A stretch of 64,000 nt of DNA from an uncultured bacterium (GTDB lineage: Bacteria; Fidelibacterota; UBA2242): assembly GCA_964576275.1 (NCBI GenBank), contig CAZNUN010000003.1, forward strand, positions 136,730 through 200,729. The letters run 5' to 3'. Made by a program: the position numbers and the translations under genes. This document shows positions 9,980-19,212 of this stretch, one piece after another (within the stretch, counting starts at the first letter, position 1; each line of letters opens with the position of its first letter). The notes below the pieces were generated by a model that was not told the DNA's origin, made no database searches, and saw only the letters and a list, made by a program, of their open reading frames with translations.

Positions 9980-12145
9980 TCAGAAAACGACGTTATCTCT
10001 TTCGCGTGGTTGGCTGATCTCCTGATGTATCTGGCAGTGTTCGGTCGGGACGGTTTGTTTGGTAAACACTTCGGTCTCGATGGGGCAGTATTTGGAGGGT
10101 AGCAATTTGGTTTCCGAGCAAATCACCTCTTCGATGATCCCGTCCGGTCGGGTAAATTCTTTAGCGGTCCAGTTTTTAGCTTTGTGAGCTTCCCGCATGA
10201 AATTTGCCCAAACAGGCAGAGCCGCGGCTGCTCCGGACTGGCGGTTGCCGAGTGAAATAGCCGGATTGTCGACCCCGATCCAGACGCTGGCGACCATATA
10301 AGGCGTATAGCCCACGAACCAGGCGTCATTGAAATTATTGGTAGTTCCGGTTTTTCCGGCGGCGGGCAGGCGAAATCCATAGGCGCTGCGAGCGATGGAG
10401 CCGGTTCCACCAGGCTCCATGGCGGATTCCAGAAGACTGGTGGTCAGGTAGGCGGTTTCTTCGCTGAGCACCAATTCCTGTCGCGGTTTATATTGAGCTA
10501 TGATATTGCCGTAACGATCTTCAATCCGGGTGATGGCGATCGGTTCAACCCAGACGCCGTGGTTGTCGAAAATTCCATAGGCAGAGGTCAGCTCGATTGG
10601 AATGACCTCGCAGGCGCCGAGCGCCAACGCGTCTACTGGTAAAATATTGGTGCTAAGATGCATTCGCTGGGCAAGCTCCACAACGGAGGCCGGCGAGATC
10701 AGTTCCTGGATGACCCGTATGGAAATCAGGTTGAGAGATTTGGCTAATCCAACCCGCAGAGTCGTGGCGCCTCCCGTAGATAAATCGTAGTTTTTCGGAG
10801 CCCAGCGGGTTCCATCCGGCATATTTAAAACGACCGGTTGGTTGAGCAGCTGGGTAGTCACCGGGAAACCGTTGTCAATAGCCGTTGCGAATACGATGGG
10901 TTTAAAGGCGGAACCCGGCTGACGCTTGGCCTGGGTGGCGCGATTGAATTCCGATTCACGGAAATCCCGCCCGCCGATCAAAGCCAGGATGTGACCAGTA
11001 GCCGGGTCAATGGCAACCAATGCGCCTTGCACCGCCAGAGACGACAACATGCTTGGACTCATAGGCAGGCTGCCCCGGATCATCTCCCGCACCTGTTCAA
11101 TCGAAATCGAGGTGTCTTTGACGAATTCGCGCAGTTCAGATAGATTGTTGAGCAATCTTTGATTTAGCAGATTTTGCTGGTGCTCCAGATGCTGTTGCAT
11201 AGCGGAGTCAGCGGCGGCCTGAATTTTGGAGTCGATCGTAGTGTAAATCGACAAACCGTCGCGATAGATGTCAATGCCGAGTTTTTCATCCTCGCGTTGC
11301 AGCCATTGCCGGATATATTCGACGAAGTAAGGGGCGCGTCGGGCCGGTGGCTCCGGTTTAAAAACCTGCAAAGGCGTGTTTTTATAAAGCGCATATTCCT
11401 CTTCGGTCAGAAAACCGTTTTTATACATTCGGTTCAGCACCAGATTGCGGCGCTGGTAAGCGCTGATCGGCCGGCGTAAGGGCGAGAAGCGTCCGGAGTG
11501 TTTAATGATTCCCGCCAACAGAGCGCATTCATCCGGAGTCAGTTCGTCGGAATTTTTATCAAAGTAACGGCTGGCGGCGGCTTGGACACCATAAGCTCCA
11601 TGCCCCATCCAGGAAGAATTGATATACATTTCCGCGATCTCAGTCTTGGAGTACATGCGTTCGATCTGAAGGGCGGTCAACAGTTCTTTGATTTTTCTGG
11701 AAAAAGTTTTTTCAAATCCGATCGATTCGTACAACATTCGGGCTAATTGTTGCGTCAGGGTGCTGGCGCCTTCCTTTTTACTGAGAGTCAGGATGTCGAT
11801 GATCATCGCCCGGCTGAAATCGCGCATACTCACCCCCCAGTGTTTCAGAAAGCGGCTGTCCTCGATGGCGATTACGGCGTTCACCATGGATTGCGGGATT
11901 TTTTCGATCGGGACATAAATCCGGCGCTGGGTGTAGAGTTCCTGTAGAATGACTCCGTCCGACGAAAAGATGCGGGTCACCATCTCGGGATCGACTTTCT
12001 GCAGCTGTTCGATCGATGGCAGGTCATTCGAGTAAAATAATAAAATCAGATATGCAATCAGACCCAGGATAAAATAAATCCCGGCAGCTGTAAAAAAGGC
12101 CTTTGGCCAGCTTAATGATTTGATCGAATTTTTCGGGCGTCCCAT
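9980..12145 (-). CDS. mrcA: class A penicillin-binding protein 1A (glycosyltransferase + transpeptidase)
   Basis: N-terminal TM segment. GT51 motifs 'AIEDSRFLKHWGV' and 'TLTQQLAR', followed by a transpeptidase domain. Length 721 aa. Confidence 0.85.
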   Translation of the reverse strand: MGRPKNSIKSLSWPKAFFTAAGIYFILGLIAYLILLFYSNDLPSIEQLQKVDPEMVTRIFSSDGVILQELYTQRRIYVPIEKIPQSMVNAVIAIEDSRFLKHWGVSMRDFSRAMIIDILTLSKKEGASTLTQQLARMLYESIGFEKTFSRKIKELLTALQIERMYSKTEIAEMYINSSWMGHGAYGVQAAASRYFDKNSDELTPDECALLAGIIKHSGRFSPLRRPISAYQRRNLVLNRMYKNGFLTEEEYALYKNTPLQVFKPEPPARRAPYFVEYIRQWLQREDEKLGIDIYRDGLSIYTTIDSKIQAAADSAMQQHLEHQQNLLNQRLLNNLSELREFVKDTSISIEQVREMIRGSLPMSPSMLSSLAVQGALVAIDPATGHILALIGGRDFRESEFNRATQAKRQPGSAFKPIVFATAIDNGFPVTTQLLNQPVVLNMPDGTRWAPKNYDLSTGGATTLRVGLAKSLNLISIRVIQELISPASVVELAQRMHLSTNILPVDALALGACEVIPIELTSAYGIFDNHGVWVEPIAITRIEDRYGNIIAQYKPRQELVLSEETAYLTTSLLESAMEPGGTGSIARSAYGFRLPAAGKTGTTNNFNDAWFVGYTPYMVASVWIGVDNPAISLGNRQSGAAAALPVWANFMREAHKAKNWTAKEFTRPDGIIEEVICSETKLLPSKYCPIETEVFTKQTVPTEHCQIHQEISQPRERDNVVF

Positions 12146-12200
12146 ATTTATCGGGTATTTTAAGCGACTGTTTTCACGAAAGCAAGTTTTGATTCACGAA

Positions 12201-13028
12201 TTATTTGAGTTGGCCGACAATTTGTTCCATCAGCGCTGAATAAACCTTTTTACTGGCTTCGGCTGCGATCTGGACCTCTTCATGCGTGATGGGAGTGTCG
12301 AGGATTCCGGCGGCAAAATTCGTGACCAGGCTGATTCCAAGAACCTGCAAGCCCAGGCGTCGGGCGGTTATCGCTTCCGGTACGGTAGACATGCCGACAA
12401 CGGCGGCGCCCAGTTTCCGGGCAGCTTTGATCTCCGCGGGGGTCTCGAAACTCGGACCAAGCGTCCAGCAGTAGATTCCTTCATGCAGATCGATCCGGTT
12501 CTGTTGGGCGATCCGACGGGCCAGCGCAATAAATTCGCCCGAAAATGGTGAACCAAGCATCTGATTATCCGATTCGTTCAGTGGGATCTGGGTGAAACTG
12601 ATGTAATCGGTCAACAAAACGAGATTTCCCGGATGTAGGTTGGTATCGATCCCGCCGGCAGCATTGGTCAGAATTAAATAGCGAACGCCTAAGCGGGCTA
12701 ATATTTCCACATAGAAGGTAACTTCCGCCAAACTACGGCCTTCGTACAGGTGAGTTCTCCCTTGAATTGCCAGCAACGAAGACGCTGCGATCCGCCCGTT
12801 GATGATTTTCCCGGCGTGTCCGACCACTGTGGACGGTGGATAAAAGGGTATATCGTGACTGTCGATGCTGTCAGTGACGGCAATCTGTCCGGCGAAGTAG
12901 CCTAAACCGGAACCCAGCACGACGGCAACAGGAGCGACCGGCCCTGTCAGGTGTTTTTTTACATATTCAACGGCTTCGGATATCTTGGTTTGGTCGGCGG
13001 TATTTCTCATTTTCTGTAATGCTCTCAT
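12201..13028 (-). CDS. punA: purine nucleoside phosphorylase (PNP-I/PunA family)
   Basis: Near-collinear motifs with PunA: 'VAVVLGSGLG', 'STVVGHAGK', 'LTNAAGG', 'MSTVPEAI', 'LGISLVTNFAAG'. Confidence 0.8.
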   Translation of the reverse strand: MRALQKMRNTADQTKISEAVEYVKKHLTGPVAPVAVVLGSGLGYFAGQIAVTDSIDSHDIPFYPPSTVVGHAGKIINGRIAASSLLAIQGRTHLYEGRSLAEVTFYVEILARLGVRYLILTNAAGGIDTNLHPGNLVLLTDYISFTQIPLNESDNQMLGSPFSGEFIALARRIAQQNRIDLHEGIYCWTLGPSFETPAEIKAARKLGAAVVGMSTVPEAITARRLGLQVLGISLVTNFAAGILDTPITHEEVQIAAEASKKVYSALMEQIVGQLK

Positions 13029-13136
13029 TTTGTTATTTTGATCGCTCGCAAATTATAGACAATAATCCAACCGAGCAATAAAAAAACCGTACGCCAACTT
13101 ATTGAAATAACCGCGAGGAATGGTTATCTTTACGCC

Positions 13137-14387
13137 GTGAAAAAATATGGGAAGACTTTGAAAACAAAAGATTTTATTTTAAAAAATATCGGGCAGTTGG
13201 TGACTTTCGAAACCACCGGTCAGAGGATGCGGGTGGAATCAGCGGTCGAGATGGTCGTCGCAAATGGTATGATTGCAGCCGTTGGTAGAGATCTTGACTC
13301 GCCCGAATTGATCAAGGTTGACGCTCAAGGCGGTCTGGTAACCCCGGGATTTGTAGATCCACACACTCATCCGGTTTTCAATGCGACTCGTGAGCAGGAA
13401 TTCGAAATGCGCCTGATGGGTAAAAGCTATCAGGAAATTGCTTTGGCAGGAGGTGGGATTCTTTCCAGTGCTCATAGTTTACAGGAGATCGGTTCGCGAG
13501 AGCTGGCCAGGAAAGTGCGCGCCCGCTTGGATGGATTCCTCAGGCAGGGGACGACCACGATCGAGGCCAAGAGCGGTTATGGGCTGTCAGTTGAAGGTGA
13601 ACTTAAATCTTTGCGTCTGCTGAAGAGATTAGCCGCAAGGCATCCGCTTGACATTCGGACGACTTTTCTGGGGGCGCATGCCTATCCGCCGGAGTATAAG
13701 AACGATCATGCGGCTTATCTCGATCTTTTGATTGAGAAAATGCTGCCGCTGGTGGTGCGCGAGGGGTTGGCGGATTTCTGCGATGTGTTTTGCGAGGAAG
13801 GGGTTTTCAGTGTGGCTGAGTCGCGCCGGATATTGGAGACGGCTAAATTTTTAGGTCTCGGATTGCGGATTCACGCCGATGAATTTCGTTCGTTGGGTGG
13901 AGTGCCGTTAGCCGTAAAGATGGGCGCATTCTCAGCCGATCACCTGACGGTTATTGATGAGGAGGGCATCGCGGCCTTGGCGGCCGGACAGGTTGTGCCG
14001 GTGCTGCTGCCGGCGACCACCTTTTTCCTGGGATCGGATAAATATGCTCCGGCGCGGCGGATGTGGGATGTCGGCCTGCCGGTTGCCCTTGCAACTGATT
14101 TCAATCCCGGTAGTTCTATGACCCAGTCGATGGCTTTGGTGATTACCCTGGCCTGTCTGAAAATGCATCTGCATCCACTGGAAGCCCTCCAGGCTGCCAC
14201 CTACAATGCCGCCCGTTCGTTGAGAATGGAGTCCATGGTCGGCAGTCTCGAGCCGGGCAAGCAGGCTGATTTCGTCATTTGGAAATTTCCCTCTTATCAG
14301 GGAATTCCTTATTTTCTCGGTTTTCCCGCCAAGGCATCGGTTTGGAAAAAGGGACGTAAAGTCTGGCACGATGCGCATGCGATATAA
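13137..14387 (+). CDS. hutI: imidazolonepropionase
   Basis: 'GFVDPHTHPVF' metal-binding motif and 'SYQEIALAGGGILSS' HutI signature. Amidohydrolase fold of 416 aa. Confidence 0.8.
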   Translation: MKKYGKTLKTKDFILKNIGQLVTFETTGQRMRVESAVEMVVANGMIAAVGRDLDSPELIKVDAQGGLVTPGFVDPHTHPVFNATREQEFEMRLMGKSYQEIALAGGGILSSAHSLQEIGSRELARKVRARLDGFLRQGTTTIEAKSGYGLSVEGELKSLRLLKRLAARHPLDIRTTFLGAHAYPPEYKNDHAAYLDLLIEKMLPLVVREGLADFCDVFCEEGVFSVAESRRILETAKFLGLGLRIHADEFRSLGGVPLAVKMGAFSADHLTVIDEEGIAALAAGQVVPVLLPATTFFLGSDKYAPARRMWDVGLPVALATDFNPGSSMTQSMALVITLACLKMHLHPLEALQAATYNAARSLRMESMVGSLEPGKQADFVIWKFPSYQGIPYFLGFPAKASVWKKGRKVWHDAHAI

Positions 14388-14415
14388 ATTTTTAGCGTCA
14401 GTCGTTAAAATTTGT

Positions 14416-14444
14416 TTGACAAAGGCGTGTAATTTATCTAAACT
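14416..14444 (+). promoter_or_regulatory. sigma70-like promoter (TTGACA-17-TAAACT)
   Basis: TTGACA at 14416-14421, a 17-nt spacer, then TAAACT at 14439-14444, about 45 nt upstream of the TTG start at 14489. Confidence 0.4.
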
Positions 14445-14488
14445 TTAGGGCAATAAATGAGAACAGCGAATTTAGAGGAGGCAGAGAC

Positions 14489-14914
14489 TTGAGCAGAAGG
14501 CACCTATTTTCAAGCTTGACCGTTATCATTAGTTTACTCATTGTTTTCAGCGCATCCGGCTGGGCTAACACGCGGCTGTTTTCTTCGATTCAGCAGATTT
14601 GCACGGCCTACCAGGTGAAAATAAGCAACGATGATATTACTATGATTACCCATGAAGATGGCAGTAAAGAATTGACAATAAATGCTCAAAGTGGCCGGAA
14701 TGACTTCGATCGCGTCATGCTGATTGCTTTTTACGCAGCCGGCAAAGCCATGAAGTATCATAAAGTAATGGTTAGCCATGTGACGATAATCGTCTCAGTC
14801 GAATACAAAGATGCCGCCAGCGTATTGGCGACCGCCACTATTGACGATATAAATAGATATGTGGACGGCAGTTGTTCATCTTCGGATTTTGTCCGCAGAT
14901 TAAAGTTCAGTTAA
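14489..14914 (+). CDS. small secreted hypothetical protein
   Basis: TTG start preceded by AGAGGAGG. N-terminal signal peptide (LTVIISLLIVFSASGWA). No recognisable domain. Confidence 0.4.
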   Translation: MSRRHLFSSLTVIISLLIVFSASGWANTRLFSSIQQICTAYQVKISNDDITMITHEDGSKELTINAQSGRNDFDRVMLIAFYAAGKAMKYHKVMVSHVTIIVSVEYKDAASVLATATIDDINRYVDGSCSSSDFVRRLKFS

Positions 14915-14947
14915 AAAAATAAAATCAACACTCACAAGGAGGCATGC

Positions 14948-15181
14948 ATGGATCCTTTTTCATGGTCTTATACGTTAATGATGTATCTGAGAGGTATCGG
15001 TTGGGCAATCGTGGCCGCGATCGGCTTTTCCTTTGGTGTCGGTCTGGCAATCAAGGTTTTTGATATGCTTTCCAAAGACATCGATGAATGGGAAGAGATA
15101 AAAAAAGGAAATATCGGTGTAGCTCTGATCATTGTGTCGCTGATTATCATGGTCGGATTGCTGGTATATAAAGTTATCTGA
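14948..15181 (+). CDS. DUF350-like small two-TM membrane protein
   Basis: AAGGAGG RBS. 77 aa with two hydrophobic helices (GWAIVAAIGFSFGVGLAI and GVALIIVSLIIMVGLLV) around an acidic loop, resembling the DUF350/YjfL family. Confidence 0.45.
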   Translation: MDPFSWSYTLMMYLRGIGWAIVAAIGFSFGVGLAIKVFDMLSKDIDEWEEIKKGNIGVALIIVSLIIMVGLLVYKVI

Positions 15182-15368
15182 CCCTAATATCTTTTAACCT
15201 TACGGTGCGAAGAGGAGCAGAGCCCTCTCCGCGGGGTTGTTTTTAATAATGGCCGCTGTTTATGTTAGGCGGTCATTTCATTTTTATAGATTCGGAATTG
15301 AATCTGCTACCTGTTTGTATTGCAGGTCATATAATCACATTTCGGAATGCCGGCGGCGGTTCGGACTA

Positions 15369-15397
15369 TTGATTCCTGTCGAAAAATCCTTTATATT
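15369..15397 (+). promoter_or_regulatory. sigma70-like promoter (TTGATT-17-TATATT) upstream of Tat micro-protein gene
   Basis: TTGATT at 15369-15374, a 17-nt spacer, then TATATT at 15392-15397. An AAGGTGA RBS lies 5 nt before ATG 15422. Confidence 0.4.
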
Positions 15398-15421
15398 CTA
15401 GCGGTATTCAAAAGGTGATAA

Positions 15422-15631
15422 ATGATGAAGAATAAGAAAACCATCGAAGAAAAAAACATCAATCGCCGTGATTTTCTGAAAAAATTGGCCGCCGGGGCTG
15501 TTTTTACAGTACCAACTATTCAGTCTTTTTCCCTGTTGGACTCCGATACCAATCCGGAAAAAAGCTGGTGGACCGGACATGGCCATGGTCATCATAACCA
15601 TACTCCGGCCCCCCCGCCGCCCGGTTATTAA
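15422..15631 (+). CDS. Tat-signal small protein with His/Pro-rich C-terminal tail
   Basis: Twin-arginine motif 'RRDFLKKLAAGAVFTVPTIQSFS' and a mature tail 'SWWTGHGHGHHNHTPAPPPPGY'. It has its own promoter and strong RBS. Confidence 0.45.
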   Translation: MMKNKKTIEEKNINRRDFLKKLAAGAVFTVPTIQSFSLLDSDTNPEKSWWTGHGHGHHNHTPAPPPPGY

Positions 15632-15675
15632 TCCAAATTATTTTTTAATATACCGATTTTGTAGGACAAGCAGTG

Positions 15676-16524
15676 TTAGCCGGCCGTCGTCTGACGTGAA
15701 ATTTTTTGCAGCTTGGCGTCATATTCGATCTTGTGAATGCCTTTTAGGGTATGTTCGTGACCCTGTAGATTAGCGGCTAAGGCGTCGATTTCCACTCCTG
15801 AAAAACGCACGGCGTTGAGAACATGCTTTTCAAATGCCTTGAAGGCCAGCGGCGCCACGGCACGGGTAATTTCGGCGATGGCGTTGGCGTACTGACGGAT
15901 TTCCATCTGAGCATGTTCATCCATTCGTAATTGCAGGAAATGCAGCAAATTATGCAGATCAATCTGCCAGTACCACTGAGTGTATAAAGAAAGCGGCAGA
16001 TTGATGCGGGCCAGTTCGCGGGCAATATCGGCTTCAATTAAAGTCTGATAATCAGCATAGGCCAATTGTTGGCCGATAGTCAGCATTTTGATGACTTTCT
16101 GGCGCAAGTCGGCGGGTACTTCTTCCGGGTTACGTCCCTGGCGGTTGTCCTTACTCTGATACTGGATGTTGGTTTCGTCGGGAATGTAAAATTCGTCATC
16201 CATAATACTATAGCGGCCGGAGATTTCATTCACCCGGGCGGCGCGGTGGCGAATCCACTGGCGAGCGACGAAAATCGGCATCTTACAGTGAAATGTCATC
16301 ACGACCTGTTCAAATGGCGACGTGTGTTGATGACTCATCAGGTAGTCGATCAGGGCTTCATCCTCGCGCACGGATTTGGTGCCCTGGCCGTATGAAACGC
16401 GGGCGCTCTGCACGATCCGGCTGTCACCGCCCATATAATCCACCAGCCGAACAAAGCCGTGATCGAGTACTTTAATTTCTTTATCCAATAAAGCTTCGGC
16501 TTCTGGAACCACCACATGCGCCAT
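15676..16524 (-). CDS. thyX: flavin-dependent thymidylate synthase
   Basis: ThyX signature 'RHRAARVNEISGRY' (RHRxxxxxS). Length 282 aa. Confidence 0.85.
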   Translation of the reverse strand: MAHVVVPEAEALLDKEIKVLDHGFVRLVDYMGGDSRIVQSARVSYGQGTKSVREDEALIDYLMSHQHTSPFEQVVMTFHCKMPIFVARQWIRHRAARVNEISGRYSIMDDEFYIPDETNIQYQSKDNRQGRNPEEVPADLRQKVIKMLTIGQQLAYADYQTLIEADIARELARINLPLSLYTQWYWQIDLHNLLHFLQLRMDEHAQMEIRQYANAIAEITRAVAPLAFKAFEKHVLNAVRFSGVEIDALAANLQGHEHTLKGIHKIEYDAKLQKISRQTTAG

Positions 16525-16647
16525 GATATTTCTCCTTATAAATTAACTGCCGGAATTTAAAACATCCGCGGCGACAAGCGCACGTTTTTTATTTCCAGCT
16601 GACTGCTTTCTTGTGAATCAGGTCGCTCCCGTCGTAAATTTCACGCC

Positions 16648-18444
16648 GTGGATTTGAATATTCGTAATTTTTGTATTATCGCTCATATCGATCATGGCAA
16701 ATCGACCCTGGCCGATCGGATGCTGGAATTTACCGGAACCGTCAGCAAACGTGAAATGAAGGAACAGGTGCTCGATAATATGGATCTGGAACGCGAGCGC
16801 GGTATAACCATCAAATCGCATCCGATTCAGATGAATTACCGCTCGCCAGACGGTAAGGATTATATCCTGAATCTGATCGATACTCCCGGACATGTCGATT
16901 TTTCCTATGAAGTTTCACGCAGTCTGGCGGCCTGTGAAGGCGCCCTGCTCCTGGTGGATGCTTCGCAGGGCGTGGAAGCTCAGACGGTCAGCAATGCTTA
17001 TCTGGCTGTCGAGAACGATTTAACTATTATCCCGGTAATCAATAAAATCGATTTACCCGGCGCCATGATTCCGGAGGCTAAACATCAGATTGTCGATTTG
17101 ATCGGCTGTGATGAAAGTGAAATCATCCTGACCAGTGCCAAGAGCGGCGCCGGACTCGAAGAGATATTCGAAGCGATCATTAAACGCATTCCACCGCCTC
17201 GATATGAACCTAACAAGCCGTTGAGAGCCTTGATTTTCGATTCGGTTTTCGATTCGTTCCGCGGCGCGATTCCATATATTCGGGTTTTCGAAGGCGAAGT
17301 GCGTGCCGAAGACTGGATTCGCTTTTTTGCCAAAAGCACCAATCATGAAGTCTCGGAAGTGGGTGTTTTCAAGATGCAGCGCCAGAAAGTCGAAAAACTC
17401 AGTTCCGGTGACGTCGGCTATCTGGTGGCGGGAGTCAAAGATATTTCCAATATTAAAGTTGGCGATACGATCACTCAAAAGACTAATCCGGCGGCCGAAC
17501 CCTGGCCGGGTTATCGGGTCATTAAACCAATGGTTTTCAGCGGTATGTACCCGGTGGCAGCCGAAGATTTTGAGGATTTACGCTCTTCGTTGGAAAAGAT
17601 GAAACTCAACGATTCCAGCCTGCTTTATGAGGCGGAAACTTCGACCGCTCTGGGATTTGGATTCCGCTGCGGTTATCTCGGGCTGCTGCATATGGAAATC
17701 GTGCAGGAACGGCTGGAGCGTGAATTCAATCTGAATCTGATCACAACGATGCCCAATGTGGAGTATCAGGCGCTGCTAAAATCCGGTGAAATCGTTGATA
17801 TTGACAATCCGACCGAGATGCCGGAAGTCGGTGAGATCGACGAACTGCGCGAACCTTTCGTGCGAGCGGAAATCATTGTGCCGACCGCTTTTCTGGGAAA
17901 TGTCCTGAAGCTCTGCCAGGAAAAACGCGGTGTCTATAAGACGACCCGTTATCTGGACGCCAATAAAGTGCAGATCCAGTACGAGCTGCCGCTGGCGGAG
18001 ATAATTTTCGATTTCTATGATAAATTGAAATCGGTTTCGCGCGGATATGCTTCCTTCGATTATGAACCGATCGGTTACCGCGCCGGCGACCTTGTGAAAG
18101 TTGATATTTTGATCTCCGGAGAACCGGTTGACGCTCTCTCTTTTATCGTACATCGCGAAAAGGCTTATGCTCACGGACGCAGTCTCTGTACCAAACTCAA
18201 GGAATTGATCCCGCGCCAGATGTTCGAGCTGGTAGTCCAGGCCGCTATCGGCGCTAAAGTCATCGCGCGCGAATCGAAAGGTCCGCTGCGCAAGAATGTC
18301 ACCGCCAAATGCTATGGTGGCGACATTACCCGTAAGCGCAAACTGCTCGAAAAACAAAAAGAAGGCAAGAAGCGCATGAAACAGATCGGCCGGGTCGAAG
18401 TCCCTCAGGAAGCCTTTTTAGCCGTACTGAAAATGGAACATTGA
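16648..18444 (+). CDS. lepA: elongation factor 4 (LepA)
   Basis: GTG start. '[18 protein letters not shown]' G1 motif, 'DTPGHVDF', 'NKID', and a LepA-specific C-terminal domain. Length 598 aa. Confidence 0.95.
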   Translation: MDLNIRNFCIIAHIDHGKSTLADRMLEFTGTVSKREMKEQVLDNMDLERERGITIKSHPIQMNYRSPDGKDYILNLIDTPGHVDFSYEVSRSLAACEGALLLVDASQGVEAQTVSNAYLAVENDLTIIPVINKIDLPGAMIPEAKHQIVDLIGCDESEIILTSAKSGAGLEEIFEAIIKRIPPPRYEPNKPLRALIFDSVFDSFRGAIPYIRVFEGEVRAEDWIRFFAKSTNHEVSEVGVFKMQRQKVEKLSSGDVGYLVAGVKDISNIKVGDTITQKTNPAAEPWPGYRVIKPMVFSGMYPVAAEDFEDLRSSLEKMKLNDSSLLYEAETSTALGFGFRCGYLGLLHMEIVQERLEREFNLNLITTMPNVEYQALLKSGEIVDIDNPTEMPEVGEIDELREPFVRAEIIVPTAFLGNVLKLCQEKRGVYKTTRYLDANKVQIQYELPLAEIIFDFYDKLKSVSRGYASFDYEPIGYRAGDLVKVDILISGEPVDALSFIVHREKAYAHGRSLCTKLKELIPRQMFELVVQAAIGAKVIARESKGPLRKNVTAKCYGGDITRKRKLLEKQKEGKKRMKQIGRVEVPQEAFLAVLKMEH

Positions 18445-18495
18445 CCGGCATTAACCGGTCTATCGGTAATAGATAGATTTATCTACTTTCCTGAG

Positions 18496-19203
18496 ATGAA
18501 GATTCTGAAAGAATACTGGAGTTACTCCAAAAATCCGTTTTACAGCATCATTTTCGCGCTGCCGTTGCTTCTGGCTTACGAAATCATGATGTTTTCATTT
18601 AATCATTCCGATATAATCGGTCTGCGGAATGGCGCGGACGTCCTGTTCCGCCAGTTTTTCGGAATTTTCAATGTCTATGGCTTTTATGTGGTCGGGCTGG
18701 TCGTGCTCCTGGCGCTGATGGTGGCCTATCATTTTAATTTCAAAGGCCGGAAGCGACCGTACCTGGAAACCCGTTTTTACGTTCTGATGTTTTTGGAAAG
18801 CGCCCTTTATGCAATCACGATGTATGTGGCTGTCAACAAACTCGGTCGGTGTCTAATGCTTGCCGGCGACGGTCAGACGACGCGCGAACTAATCGTGCTG
18901 GCGCTGGGGGCCGGCATTTACGAGGAATTTATTTTTCGGGTAATATTAATAACTGGATTTGTGTTCTTTTTTAAGGATATTTTAAAAATTCATGACAATG
19001 TCGCTTCGGCAGCCGCCATGATTTGCGCGGCGTTTCTGTTTGCGCTCTTTCATTATCTGGGACCTTTCGGAGAGACGCTGGCATTCAGGTCTTTTGCGAT
19101 TCGCTTCGGAGCCGGGATGTTTTTATCATTGCTTTATTTATTGCGTGGTTATGGAATTACGGCTTATACACATACATTATATGACCTGATTGCGATACTA
19201 TAA
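18496..19203 (+). CDS. CPBP family intramembrane metalloprotease (CAAX protease-like)
   Basis: Polytopic membrane protein with 'EEFIFR' (EExxxR) and 'FALFHY' (FxxxH) CPBP motifs. Confidence 0.65.
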   Translation: MKILKEYWSYSKNPFYSIIFALPLLLAYEIMMFSFNHSDIIGLRNGADVLFRQFFGIFNVYGFYVVGLVVLLALMVAYHFNFKGRKRPYLETRFYVLMFLESALYAITMYVAVNKLGRCLMLAGDGQTTRELIVLALGAGIYEEFIFRVILITGFVFFFKDILKIHDNVASAAAMICAAFLFALFHYLGPFGETLAFRSFAIRFGAGMFLSLLYLLRGYGITAYTHTLYDLIAIL

Positions 19204-19212
19204 GGAGGAAAT

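Noticed and set aside
15205-15245. Putative terminator hairpin after the DUF350-like gene
   Set aside because: The stem is imperfect (GCGAAGAGG versus CCCTCTCCGC); only the T-run GGGGTTGTTTTT is suggestive. Support was too weak to call it a feature.
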